Source: Deltaproteobacteria bacterium
GTDB lineage: Bacteria > Myxococcota_A > Polyangia > Fen-1088
Direction: 5' to 3'
Assembly: GCA_033763315.1 (NCBI GenBank)
Contig: JANRKS010000015.1
Location: 1 to 41,953, forward strand
DNA: 41,953 nucleotides
Part shown: one piece after another, positions 1 to 8,133 of the stretch
Layout of the letters: every line of letters starts with the position of its first letter
How positions within the stretch are numbered: the first letter of the stretch is position 1
The notes under the pieces: model-generated
The model's input: the letters and a program-made list of their open reading frames with translations, nothing else
The model's database searches: none
What the model was told of the DNA's origin: nothing
Program-made: the position numbers and the translations under genes

Positions 1-2684
1 CACTTTTCCATCACGCCGCGCGTGCGCACCACCACGTCGGGGTTGAGCACCATGCGTTCTAGGGGTTGATCGTGAGGGTAATCGAACCAGTTAAAGCGAC
101 GCACTTTTGTGGGGCAGTTGTTGGCGCAGTAGCGCGTGCCCACGCAGCGGTTGTAGATCTGTTGGTTCAGGCCCTCGCTGGAGTGCACCGTCGCCAACAC
201 GGGGCACACGGTTTCGCAGGGCGCGTTCTCACAGTGCTGGCACATCATCGGCTGGTGCCGCACTTCGGGATTTTCGGGCTCGCCTTCGTAGTAGCGATCG
301 ATGCGCAGCCAGTGCATCTCGCGGCGCAATGCCACTTCAACCGGGCCCACCATCGGAATGTTGTTCTCGGCCTGGCACGAAACCACGCAGGCGCCGCAGC
401 CTGTGCACTTATCGAGATCGATCGCCAAACCCCAACGGTGACCAGGATAGGCGTGCTGTGGCCATAGGCCTTTGCCGGTTGCTTCGTGCTCTTCTGGTTG
501 CCCTGCGTGCTTGGGGTCGTGCAAGAAGTCTTCAAGCGACGCAGCCCGCACAAACGCACGCCCTTCTTGTGAGTTGTGGGTTTGCGACAGATACAGATCG
601 CGCTTGCCACCAGAGGCCTGCACAGTGATGGCGCCGCTGAGGCTGCGGTTTGTGGCGAGCGGCCATGCATCCACGCCATGGCCTTCGGCATTCTTGCCCG
701 CGTGTGCGCGCCCGTGGCCAACCGCGATGGCCACCGTATGCGGGGCCACGCCGGCCTGCACCAAGACGGGCAGTGTGATGCTTTGCGAGGCGCGTGTCAC
801 GGTGATGAGGGCGCCGTCGCCCAGGCCCAATTCTTTCGCTAAAGCGGGGCCCATGGCGGCCACGTTGCCCCAGGTAAGCTTCGTGATCGGATCGGGCAGC
901 TCTTGCAGCCAACCGTTGTTGGCGTGTGTGCCGTCCAAGATGCCCACCTGGGCGTGTAACACCACTTCAAGGTTCCCGGGCGCAGCCGCGGCCGCGATCA
1001 GCGAGGCGGCAGGTGCTTGCACAGCCGCCGGTGCAGGCGCGAAGGCCGTGGCCAAAGCACCGGCCTGCAACTGTGCAATCCATGCGGCATCGAAATTCTC
1101 AACGGAGGCCAGCTTCCCCTTCCACGCCGCTTGAACGAAGGCGTGATCGTCACCCGCCGTGCCAGCCCACGTCAGCAAACTTTGCAACCGCCCGCGCGTA
1201 TCGAACAGGGGCGACACCGTGGGCTGATTGATGGTGTGCACGCCGGGCCGGGGCTCGCTGTCGCTCCAACTTTCGAGCGCGTGGCCCTCAGGCGCATGAA
1301 TGTGGCACAACACGGCCGTTTCATCGGGGCTGATTGACGTCGACACGCTGAACTTGGCTTTGCTCAACGCGGTTTGCAGCTGCCGATCCGCCATGACGGG
1401 GTTGGTGCCCGCAAACACAACGGCGTCCACGTGCCCCGCTTGCAGCTCTGCCACGAACGCTTCCCAGTCGATGTCGCTGGATTGTGTAACGCCTGGGCGT
1501 GCCGTGGTGCCCGCGTTTTCCAACAGTGCGTTGGCCAGCGCCGCCAAAATCTGATCCGTGACTTCGCCGCTGCCGCTGAGCACCAGTCCTTGTGGCCCGG
1601 CCTTGAGCAATCGGGCCGCGAGCTCCTCGAGCGCTGCATTGGCAAGCGCGCTTTGGCCTTTGATTTGCGCACAAACGGTGTTGGCCACGTCCGCCGTGGC
1701 GCCGGGTTTGGCGGCCGCCAGTTTGCTGACCAACGCCGCCAGCGTGGGGCGTAGAGCAGAAGGAGGCACAGGGTGGCGCACGTCGGCGGCTCCACCTGTA
1801 AGCGAAAGGTGTGATTCGATCTGCGCCGCGAACAAACGGTCGGCGGTGGTGCGGCGGGCTTGCGCCCATTGCCGGCTGAACGTGGCGGGGTTCACCCACG
1901 TGCCAAGAAAGTCCGCGCCGAACGACACGAGCACGCGGCTTTCGTCGATGCGGTAGTCAGGAACGTAGGCGCGCGCATAAAGCGCGGCGTGTGCTTGCGC
2001 CAGGGCCATGCGTTCACCCATGGGATCGAAGCGAACAAGCTTTGTTTGTGCAAACTTCGCCTTGAGGGCGGCCAGCGCGTTGTCTTCTGCGGGGCCCGTG
2101 CCAAACGGCAACACCACGAAAACGTTCGCGGCCTTGGCCAACGCCGCCGTCACTTCGGCATCCACCTGCGCCCACGTTGCGGCGTGTGCGGCCGCGCGTG
2201 GAGCTCGCGCTCGATCGTTGTCGTAAAGGCCCAGCAGCCAAGCTTGCCCCACCGTGCACACGGCGCCTTGAGACACAGGGTGCGTGGGGTTGCCTTCGAT
2301 CTTGATGGGTCGGCCTTCGCGCGTTTTGATCAATAGGCCGCAGCGTGCGGCGCACGCCTGGCACGACGTTGCATAGTGAACGGCCAACCCGGGAATGATC
2401 GCTTCGGGGCGGTGCGTGTAGGGCAAGATGTTTTGCTTGGGCGCCCGGTTGCACGCGGCCATCGCCGCTGCCGCGGAGAGGCCCATCATCTTGAAGAAAT
2501 CGCGCCGGGGCGGTTCCACATCGCTTGGACGCTTGAGCTGCACCAACGTGGGATCAGGCACAGGGATTGGCAACGTCTCCGCGAATTCATCGTGGTTTTG
2601 TGCTGCAAATGCGGCTTCATCGTCATACTCGGCAAGCGAACGCCAGAGCCGGGGAGGGTTGGGGTTTTGTTTTGCAGGCGACAT
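1..2684 (-). CDS. actB: Alternative complex III subunit ActB (molybdopterin-oxidoreductase-like domain fused to a 4Fe-4S ferredoxin domain); 3' end runs off the window
   Basis: Absent from the ORF track; both ends translated by hand in one frame. N-term MSPAKQNPNPPRLWRSLAEY..RRDFFKMMGLSAAAAMAAC (ActB-type W-R-S-L-x-E leader, twin Arg, lipobox Cys), then REGRPIKIEGNPTHP. C-term PMMCQHCENAPCETVCPVLATVHSSEGLNQQIYNRCVGTRYCANNCPTKVRRFNWF..LNPDVVVRTRGVMEK. Lies directly downstream of actA. Confidence 0.93.
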   Translation of the reverse strand, partial: MSPAKQNPNPPRLWRSLAEYDDEAAFAAQNHDEFAETLPIPVPDPTLVQLKRPSDVEPPRRDFFKMMGLSAAAAMAACNRAPKQNILPYTHRPEAIIPGLAVHYATSCQACAARCGLLIKTREGRPIKIEGNPTHPVSQGAVCTVGQAWLLGLYDNDRARAPRAAAHAATWAQVDAEVTAALAKAANVFVVLPFGTGPAEDNALAALKAKFAQTKLVRFDPMGERMALAQAHAALYARAYVPDYRIDESRVLVSFGADFLGTWVNPATFSRQWAQARRTTADRLFAAQIESHLSLTGGAADVRHPVPPSALRPTLAALVSKLAAAKPGATADVANTVCAQIKGQSALANAALEELAARLLKAGPQGLVLSGSGEVTDQILAALANALLENAGTTARPGVTQSSDIDWEAFVAELQAGHVDAVVFAGTNPVMADRQLQTALSKAKFSVSTSISPDETAVLCHIHAPEGHALESWSDSEPRPGVHTINQPTVSPLFDTRGRLQSLLTWAGTAGDDHAFVQAAWKGKLASVENFDAAWIAQLQAGALATAFAPAPAAVQAPAASLIAAAAAPGNLEVVLHAQVGILDGTHANNGWLQELPDPITKLTWGNVAAMGPALAKELGLGDGALITVTRASQSITLPVLVQAGVAPHTVAIAVGHGRAHAGKNAEGHGVDAWPLATNRSLSGAITVQASGGKRDLYLSQTHNSQEGRAFVRAASLEDFLHDPKHAGQPEEHEATGKGLWPQHAYPGHRWGLAIDLDKCTGCGACVVSCQAENNIPMVGPVEVALRREMHWLRIDRYYEGEPENPEVRHQPMMCQHCENAPCETVCPVLATVHSSEGLNQQIYNRCVGTRYCANNCPTKVRRFNWFDYPHDQPLERMVLNPDVVVRTRGVMEK

Positions 2685-2692
2685 GGTTTGCT

Positions 2693-3274
2693 CTAGCGGT
2701 GGCACGCGGAACAGTCGGTGGGTGGCGTCAAGGTGCGCGACACGATGGTTTCAGGTGCCGCAAGCATCTGGGCCGGCAGCGTGGCCAGCGGGTGCGGCGC
2801 CGTGGCTTGCACGTCGCGCACGTCGCGGTGGCAATCCAAACACCAACCCATACTCATGGTTTCTTTTTGCTCGACCCGCACCATCTGTTGCACAGGGCCG
2901 TGGCAGCGTTGGCATTCAAGGCCGGCGGAAACGTGGCTGGCGTGGTTGAAGTAAACGAAGTCGGGCAAGCGGTGCACTTTCACCCAGGGGATGGGTTTAT
3001 CCTCGGCCACAAACTTCGCGAGCTTTTGGATCTCGGCGGAATCCGTGCGCACTTGCGTGTGGCAGTTCATGCACACCGATGACGACGGCACACCCGCATG
3101 ACGGCTGCGTTCGGCGCCCGTGTGGCAATATTGGCAATCCAACTCGTAAAGCCCCGCGTGCAGCGCGTGCGAATACGCGATGGGCTGCTCAGGTTGATAG
3201 CCCTGTTGCAAGTTGATCGACGCCGGGTTGCCACAGCCGCCCAGCGCCAGCGCGAGCATCAAAAAGCGTTTCAT
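2693..3274 (-). CDS. actA: ACIII pentaheme cytochrome c ActA (short form with lipoprotein-like signal)
   Basis: Five CxxCH motifs (CQYCH, CMNCH, CQRCH, CLDCH, CSACH); QPIAYSHALHAG, LPDFVYFNHASHV, SMGWCLDCH; N-term MKRFLMLALALGGC. Confidence 0.92.
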   Translation of the reverse strand: MKRFLMLALALGGCGNPASINLQQGYQPEQPIAYSHALHAGLYELDCQYCHTGAERSRHAGVPSSSVCMNCHTQVRTDSAEIQKLAKFVAEDKPIPWVKVHRLPDFVYFNHASHVSAGLECQRCHGPVQQMVRVEQKETMSMGWCLDCHRDVRDVQATAPHPLATLPAQMLAAPETIVSRTLTPPTDCSACHR

Positions 3275-3942
3275 TGTTTGCCCTCGCGCTCATCGGCCGC
3301 CAGGGCGATGCGCCTGGAAACACCTTTGAGCGGAAAGATCTCTTCCCAAGGCAATCCCGCCATCGGCCACGCGGCCACCAAGATCATGAACAACAGCGCG
3401 TGAAGTTTGACGGCCATGGGGCTCGCCACCATCGACGCGGTTTCAGGTTCAAGCACCAACAGCGAGCGCACGTAAGGCGCCGAAATGTACGCGTACCACG
3501 CCGTGATCCAGCGAAAGCCCACGGTGAGCACAACACCCGAAACGCTGGTCAGCAGCATCAACAACAGGATCACGATGCGTGGCTCTTGCTCGGGCACACC
3601 TTGGCGCATGGCCATCCAGCGCTGGCGAAGGCGCGCAAACACGCCCCACGAAAACAAGAGAGCGCCTATGAGCCCCGCCGTTTCGATGACGGCGACGCGT
3701 TCAATATCGGCGAGCAGCGCTCGCATCGCGCCGGGCGCCAGCGTGGTGGCCACGTGGCCCATCAACAGCGTTAAGAATCCGATCACAAGCGCGCCTTCGG
3801 AAGCGCCTGAGATGGCGCCCACGCGGGGGCCGTGGTTGTTGCGAAGAATACCGATGCGGTACATCCACGCGCCCAAGAAACCAAACACCGCCAGATAGGG
3901 CAGGTATGTGAAAGCGGCGTTGGACACAGAAGGCGCGTTCAT
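3271..3942 (-). CDS. NarI-like (nitrate reductase gamma family) membrane cytochrome b with only two of the four heme His
   Basis: About five TM segments; YLPYLA..YR, LLMGH, RW..AW....PY.RSL..L.P and VKLH resemble NarI. 4-bp overlaps with both neighbours. Confidence 0.8.
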   Translation of the reverse strand: MNAPSVSNAAFTYLPYLAVFGFLGAWMYRIGILRNNHGPRVGAISGASEGALVIGFLTLLMGHVATTLAPGAMRALLADIERVAVIETAGLIGALLFSWGVFARLRQRWMAMRQGVPEQEPRIVILLLMLLTSVSGVVLTVGFRWITAWYAYISAPYVRSLLVLEPETASMVASPMAVKLHALLFMILVAAWPMAGLPWEEIFPLKGVSRRIALAADEREGKQ

Positions 3943-4796
3943 GCGTCACCACCGCGGTTCGATTTGTGGCTGTTGCGATGGCGGCCCCACGCCAACACGA
4001 AACCGCCAATCGCCAGGCCCATGCCTTCGAGGCCCAACCAGAAAAAATCACGCTCACGGCGGGGCGGCGTTCCGTTGCGGGATAAGTCGGCAAAGAACGA
4101 TTTCAAGGAGAAGCGCTCCACCTCTGTTAAGGGTGTATGCGCATAAATTGCGCTCATCACGGGCGTGGTCATGCCGGCCAGCTGTGGTTCAAGATCGCGC
4201 TCGCCGAGCCGTGCATAAACGAACGTCAGGTCGGGGCCCATCGTGCCGCCGCCCATGACAGCCGCGCCGCGCACGTTGTGACAAATGAAGCAGGGCGCGC
4301 CGCCCTTGGCGAAGCGGTTTTCGCCGAAGAACAAAGCCTTGCCCGAGGCCACATCTTCTGGCGAGCCGTCGGTGCCCCACTTAGGACCCAGCGCCACGGG
4401 CTGGCAGCCGCCCTTTTCGGTACAGCCGGCCAGGTAGGCCCACAGACCATCAATCTGCGTGGCATCAAGACCAAGCTCAGGCATGCGGATGCCGAACTCT
4501 TTGAACAACTGCGTGGCCACAGGATCGCCGCCATCGATCATGGCGCTGGGGCTGCCCACGAACTTGGTGAACCACGCTTGCGCGCGTCGCTGGTTGACGC
4601 CTAGAAGATCGGGGCCCACTTTGCGCCCGCCGCCGATGGTGTGGCAGGTGGCGCACTTCTCAGCGAACGCGATCGCCGCGGGGCCGGGCGCTTCTGCCGC
4701 TCCGCTTGCGCCGCTGAACGCGAGGGTGAGGCATCCGCTCACCCACAGATATAAAAGTGATGTGTTGATTCGCACGCTTGCGAGGCCCCACTGCAA
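3939..4796 (-). CDS. NarC-like diheme c-type cytochrome with signal peptide and C-terminal membrane anchor (alternative start GTG 4775)
   Basis: CATCH..GPDL..MP and CFICH..GPDLT..PVM: two class I cytochrome c domains. C-terminal TM FFWLGLEGMGLAIGGFVLAWGRHR. Confidence 0.85.
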   Translation of the reverse strand: MQWGLASVRINTSLLYLWVSGCLTLAFSGASGAAEAPGPAAIAFAEKCATCHTIGGGRKVGPDLLGVNQRRAQAWFTKFVGSPSAMIDGGDPVATQLFKEFGIRMPELGLDATQIDGLWAYLAGCTEKGGCQPVALGPKWGTDGSPEDVASGKALFFGENRFAKGGAPCFICHNVRGAAVMGGGTMGPDLTFVYARLGERDLEPQLAGMTTPVMSAIYAHTPLTEVERFSLKSFFADLSRNGTPPRRERDFFWLGLEGMGLAIGGFVLAWGRHRNSHKSNRGGDA

Positions 4797-4968
4797 CCAG
4801 TGGGCCAGGAGAAAAAGCGGCGCAAATCACGGGATTACTGGCCACAGATGCGCGCCCAGTGGCGTAAGCCGGTCCGTGATCGCGCGAAGTCTGCGCGAGC
4901 GCGCGCACGTGCTGCATGACCTGCGTGCGTGCGCGGATGCCGTGCGGGGCCTTGCGGCACCCCAGTTT

Positions 4969-4984
4969 TCATCTCGGACGAGTT
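4969..4984. repeat. 16-bp direct repeat, copy 1 (TCATCTCGGACGAGTT)
   Basis: Identical to 40200-40215; both copies are intergenic. Confidence 0.6.
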
Positions 4985-5030
4985 TTGAGTGAACCCAAAA
5001 ATTGTCCGGACAAAATTCGAGTACACACTA

Positions 5031-5261
5031 CAAGAAGTCGATCTCTTTATCTTGCGAGCCAACAAGCCTTGGATCGCGATCGAAGCTAAGGTCAGTGACA
5101 ACCCGATCAGCCCAGCGCTTAGGTAATTTGTTGAACGAGCGAAACCCGCGTTTGCGTGGCAGGTGGTCTTGCGCAACGCTCAGGAGCGCCGACTGCCGGA
5201 TATTGGCGCGACACAGGTGCGCATCGTTTCGGCCGCACGTTTGTTGGCGAATTTGCCTTGA
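5031..5261 (+). pseudogene. Remnant of the C-terminal PD-(D/E)xK-like domain of an AAA ATPase/DUF4143 protein
   Basis: Hand translation QEVDLFILRANKPWIAIEAKVSDNPISPALR*FVERAKPAFAWQVV..LLANLP*. EVD..IEAK motif, in-frame TAA at 5124-5126, no upstream ATPase domain. Confidence 0.7.
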
Positions 5262-5337
5262 TGTCCGATCGTCTGGCGATCTGCCTGCCACGGCGTGCAG
5301 CGCGCTCCCGGGTGCTGCTTCACAAAACAGGGCAGCA

Positions 5338-6450
5338 CTATTTCAGATCGAGATTGTGGAAGCCCACATGTAACTGCGCTTCGCCAAGAAAGTCTTCCGC
5401 CCACAATGGCTGACGAACCAACCAAAGGTAATTTGTGGACGCATCTGTAGAATCGTTGATGTCGAATAGCGATCGGCTACCTCCGCATGCGCGAAGCAGA
5501 GTGGCTACGCGGTTTATGTGTTCACCATTGATATCTGGTCCCAGAACCAAGTCGATGCGACGACGCTTTAGATATCCGCATCGATCCCTTCTCATGGCTT
5601 CTCTCAGCCTGAAACCGGCACCCACATCACTTTTCGGGAAACTGTAGCCGACGAACACGATGGCACCCGCTGCCTCAAGGTGTTCTTCGGCTTCCCGCCA
5701 CAGCGGAGATAGGTCACTGACAACCTTAGTTTCTTTAGATGTGCCCGGTGCAGCGATCAACGGACAAGCCATTGGGCTTCGGAATATAGAGTCGCGAGTG
5801 ACCCTACTCGCATCAGGCGCCTGCCAATCCACACTTCCGTGAAGCTTGAACACTGGCACCCGATCTGGAATGCGGGAAGACTGCGGGACGCGAATGTCGA
5901 ACTTATCTCCTAGCTCTTCTATGACCAAATCGTAGTTGAATGAAAGCACAACATCTAAGTCGGTATGAAGGGCACCCGCCCAACGACGATAGGGCTGCCA
6001 TTTTTCATCGATTAAGGGATTGGCATCACGCAGAAAACTATCGCACTCGGCGGCCATTGCACGTCGAGTGCAAAGAGCAAAGTTTTCGGAAAACCTGTCT
6101 CTACCGTTTCCATCCCCGGGGCTCGGCGATAACCCCGAACGCTCACTGCTAGTCGAGCGCATCAGAAGCCTCAAAACGCGCTTCTTTGTTTCGTTCGGCC
6201 CTTGGCCGTCGTCTACATATGCAAGGAATTGTTCCGCATTGTCCCAAAGCCTATGTTCTTTACCCACGTCAAAGAACATCCGGGTCCAGTACAGATCCGA
6301 TGCGAGGCACGGAAATTCTTGTCTTGGGTAGAACGCTTCGTCGTAGCCCCACCAGCGCAACCGAAAAAGATCATCGAGAAGTGGCCCACCGAGCGAACGG
6401 CTAAATCCGGCGCCGAGAACCCATACCGTCTTGGTGTTGCAAATTGGCAT
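5338..6450 (-). CDS. SIR2-like (sirtuin-fold NADase) protein, probably defence-associated
   Basis: VWVLGAGFS, SFNYD, KLHGSVDW, FVGYSFPKSD motifs. ATG 6450 has GGAG upstream. Visibly more AT-rich than the flanking genes. Confidence 0.85.
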   Translation of the reverse strand: MPICNTKTVWVLGAGFSRSLGGPLLDDLFRLRWWGYDEAFYPRQEFPCLASDLYWTRMFFDVGKEHRLWDNAEQFLAYVDDGQGPNETKKRVLRLLMRSTSSERSGLSPSPGDGNGRDRFSENFALCTRRAMAAECDSFLRDANPLIDEKWQPYRRWAGALHTDLDVVLSFNYDLVIEELGDKFDIRVPQSSRIPDRVPVFKLHGSVDWQAPDASRVTRDSIFRSPMACPLIAAPGTSKETKVVSDLSPLWREAEEHLEAAGAIVFVGYSFPKSDVGAGFRLREAMRRDRCGYLKRRRIDLVLGPDINGEHINRVATLLRACGGSRSLFDINDSTDASTNYLWLVRQPLWAEDFLGEAQLHVGFHNLDLK

Positions 6451-6510
6451 TCGCTGGTACTCCACTAAAACCTGGCGCATCGCCACGTGCGACGGATTGG
6501 CACCTAACAT

Positions 6511-6525
6511 TGCCGACAGTCGGCA
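6511..6525. repeat. Inverted repeat TGCCGAC-A-GTCGGCA upstream of the SIR2-like gene
   Basis: Perfect 7-bp arms with a 1-nt spacer. Confidence 0.5.
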
Positions 6526-6626
6526 GCGCCACTAACTTACAATTCCCATGAGGCCGATGCCGTGGCAAGGGTGATGAAACCATCAGCTGCCTATGTCCCG
6601 CTAGGACAAAACCAGTGAGGTCACCT

Positions 6627-6667
6627 GGGTCGTGCGGCAAAGAACCGGGGTCGTGCGACAAAGAACC
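6627..6667. repeat. Tandem direct repeat, 2 x GGGTCGTGCG(G/A)CAAAGAACC, 21-bp period
   Basis: 6627-6646 and 6648-6667, one mismatch. Confidence 0.75.
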
Positions 6668-6690
6668 TTCGACGATTTCGTCCGCGTCGC

Positions 6691-7077
6691 CTACCAAAGC
6701 GCCATCACAGGGTATTTGTAGATCCATTCATCCGGGGTCAGCAGCGTCAGGCCGTTATCGATGGCCTGCGATATAAGCAAACGATCGAACGGATCTCGGT
6801 GGACTTCAGGGAGTTCGGTCGCGCGGTAACATGTGGCCGGCGTGATTGGCAAGCGCGTTAACTGCCAGATGCCGGCTTGCTCCTCGATCCACATTCTAGG
6901 GGGCGCAGGTAGCCCAAGCTTTTTGGCTTGCCACTTTGTGCAGATCTCCATGACCGAAACATCGCTCAAAAGGACTTCCACCTGTTCGGCGTTGAGCGCT
7001 CTTTTGGCTTGGGTCCCCAGGCGATCAGGCGCGCTGGTCAACCAGATGAACGTGCACGTATCCAAAAGCAACCTCAA
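6691..7077 (-). CDS. vapC: VapC-family PIN-domain toxin
   Basis: LLLDTCTFIW..SVMEI..HRDPFDRLLISQA..LLTPD; the TTG start overlaps the antitoxin TGA. Confidence 0.93.
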   Translation of the reverse strand: MRLLLDTCTFIWLTSAPDRLGTQAKRALNAEQVEVLLSDVSVMEICTKWQAKKLGLPAPPRMWIEEQAGIWQLTRLPITPATCYRATELPEVHRDPFDRLLISQAIDNGLTLLTPDEWIYKYPVMALW

Positions 7078-7322
7078 CGCAAGCCCCACAGAGCCAGCTC
7101 GTCATCGGAAAGCGGAGCGAACGCCTCCTTCGCTTCGCTAATCGGCTTGGACGTAATGGTTCCTACTCTCGGTCGAAGCGGGTGCGCCCCGGATTTACCC
7201 ACGGCGGTCAAGCGAGCTGCGGGAACACTGCCACGCAAGATAACGACATCCTGCCCCGCTTCAACCTCAGCCAAAAGTCTTGAAAGGTGCGTTTTGGCCT
7301 CATGCGTCGTGACGGTCTTCAT
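7074..7322 (-). CDS. Phd/YefM-family antitoxin
   Basis: MKTVTTHEAKTHLSRLLAEVEAGQDVVILRGSVPAARL; directly upstream of the PIN toxin. Confidence 0.92.
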   Translation of the reverse strand: MKTVTTHEAKTHLSRLLAEVEAGQDVVILRGSVPAARLTAVGKSGAHPLRPRVGTITSKPISEAKEAFAPLSDDELALWGLR

Positions 7323-7346
7323 AAACTATGATTGCGCCCGATGTAA

Positions 7347-7364
7347 ACTTAGTCAAGACTAAGT
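7347..7364. promoter_or_regulatory. Palindromic operator, probably for TA autorepression
   Basis: ACTTAGTC-AA-GACTAAGT, about 25 bp upstream of the antitoxin ATG. Confidence 0.7.
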
Positions 7365-7428
7365 CTATCTTCTGGCTGGCCCGAAACGAGCTCCGTCGCT
7401 GTGTTTGCTTCCCACTCAGGCGCGGTGC

Positions 7429-8127
7429 TCAAACCGTTAAATGCTTGTCGACCAACTCTTGCGTGAGATCCGTCATCGCACCGGAGGCCACTGTGTGACC
7501 GCGCTCCATAATCGCAAAGTGCTGCGCGAACTTGCGCGCAAAGGGCAGCTTCTGCTCCACGAACAGGATCGTAAGACCTTCTTTTTGGTTGAGGCCCGCG
7601 AGAATGTCACCAATTTCGGACACGATGTTTGGCTGGATGCCTTCGGTGGGCTCATCCAAGATCAGCAGCTTTGGGTCCAGCATCAAGGCGCGGCCAATCG
7701 CCAACTGTTGCTGTTGGCCACCCGATAAATCGCCACCCCGGCGTGAACGCATCTGCTTGAGAACAGGGAAAGTGTTGTAAACGCGTTCGAGCGCGCCAGC
7801 CTTCTTCTTCTTCAGCGCCGAGAAGCCCACCATCAGGTTTTCTTCGATGGAAAGCTGCCCAAAGATCTCTCGGCCCTGGGGCACGTAACCGATGCCCACG
7901 CCGGCGCGCACTTCGGCAGGTTTGCGTGAGATCTCACTGTCGCCCATGCGAATGGAGCCTGTTTTGATCGGCAGCAGACCCATCACACATTTGAGCAATG
8001 TGGTTTTCCCGACGCCGTTGCGGCCCATCAAACAGGTGCAAGCGCCCGCTGGCAGATTCAGCTGCGCGTCCCACAACGTGTGGCTTTCGCCATAAAACTG
8101 ATTCACACCTTCAACCGAAAGCATCAT
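7429..8127 (-). CDS. urtE: Urea ABC transporter ATP-binding subunit UrtE
   Basis: Walker A GRNGVGKT, YVPQGREIF, LSGGQQQQLAIGRAL, LDEPTEGIQPNI. Confidence 0.93.
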   Translation of the reverse strand: MMLSVEGVNQFYGESHTLWDAQLNLPAGACTCLMGRNGVGKTTLLKCVMGLLPIKTGSIRMGDSEISRKPAEVRAGVGIGYVPQGREIFGQLSIEENLMVGFSALKKKKAGALERVYNTFPVLKQMRSRRGGDLSGGQQQQLAIGRALMLDPKLLILDEPTEGIQPNIVSEIGDILAGLNQKEGLTILFVEQKLPFARKFAQHFAIMERGHTVASGAMTDLTQELVDKHLTV

Positions 8128-8133
8128 CCGCTC

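Noticed and set aside
66-2949. Numerous overlapping track ORFs across the actB region
   Set aside because: Shadow frames of a GC-rich gene; the real frame is actB, unlisted because it runs off the edge.
3271-4796. Respiratory nitrate reductase operon
   Set aside because: No narG/H/J here; downstream genes carry ActA/ActB motifs and the NarI-like protein lacks the heme bP ligands.
5280-6545. SIR2 gene as an integron cassette
   Set aside because: GTTAG cores lie upstream, but there is no RYYYAAC..GTTRRRY attC after the stop and no integrase in the window.
6627-6667. CRISPR array
   Set aside because: Only two adjacent units, no spacers, no cas genes.
7318-7352. dif site (ATGTAAACT resembles a XerD arm)
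   Set aside because: No XerC arm at the 6-bp spacing; the sequence overlaps the TA operator.
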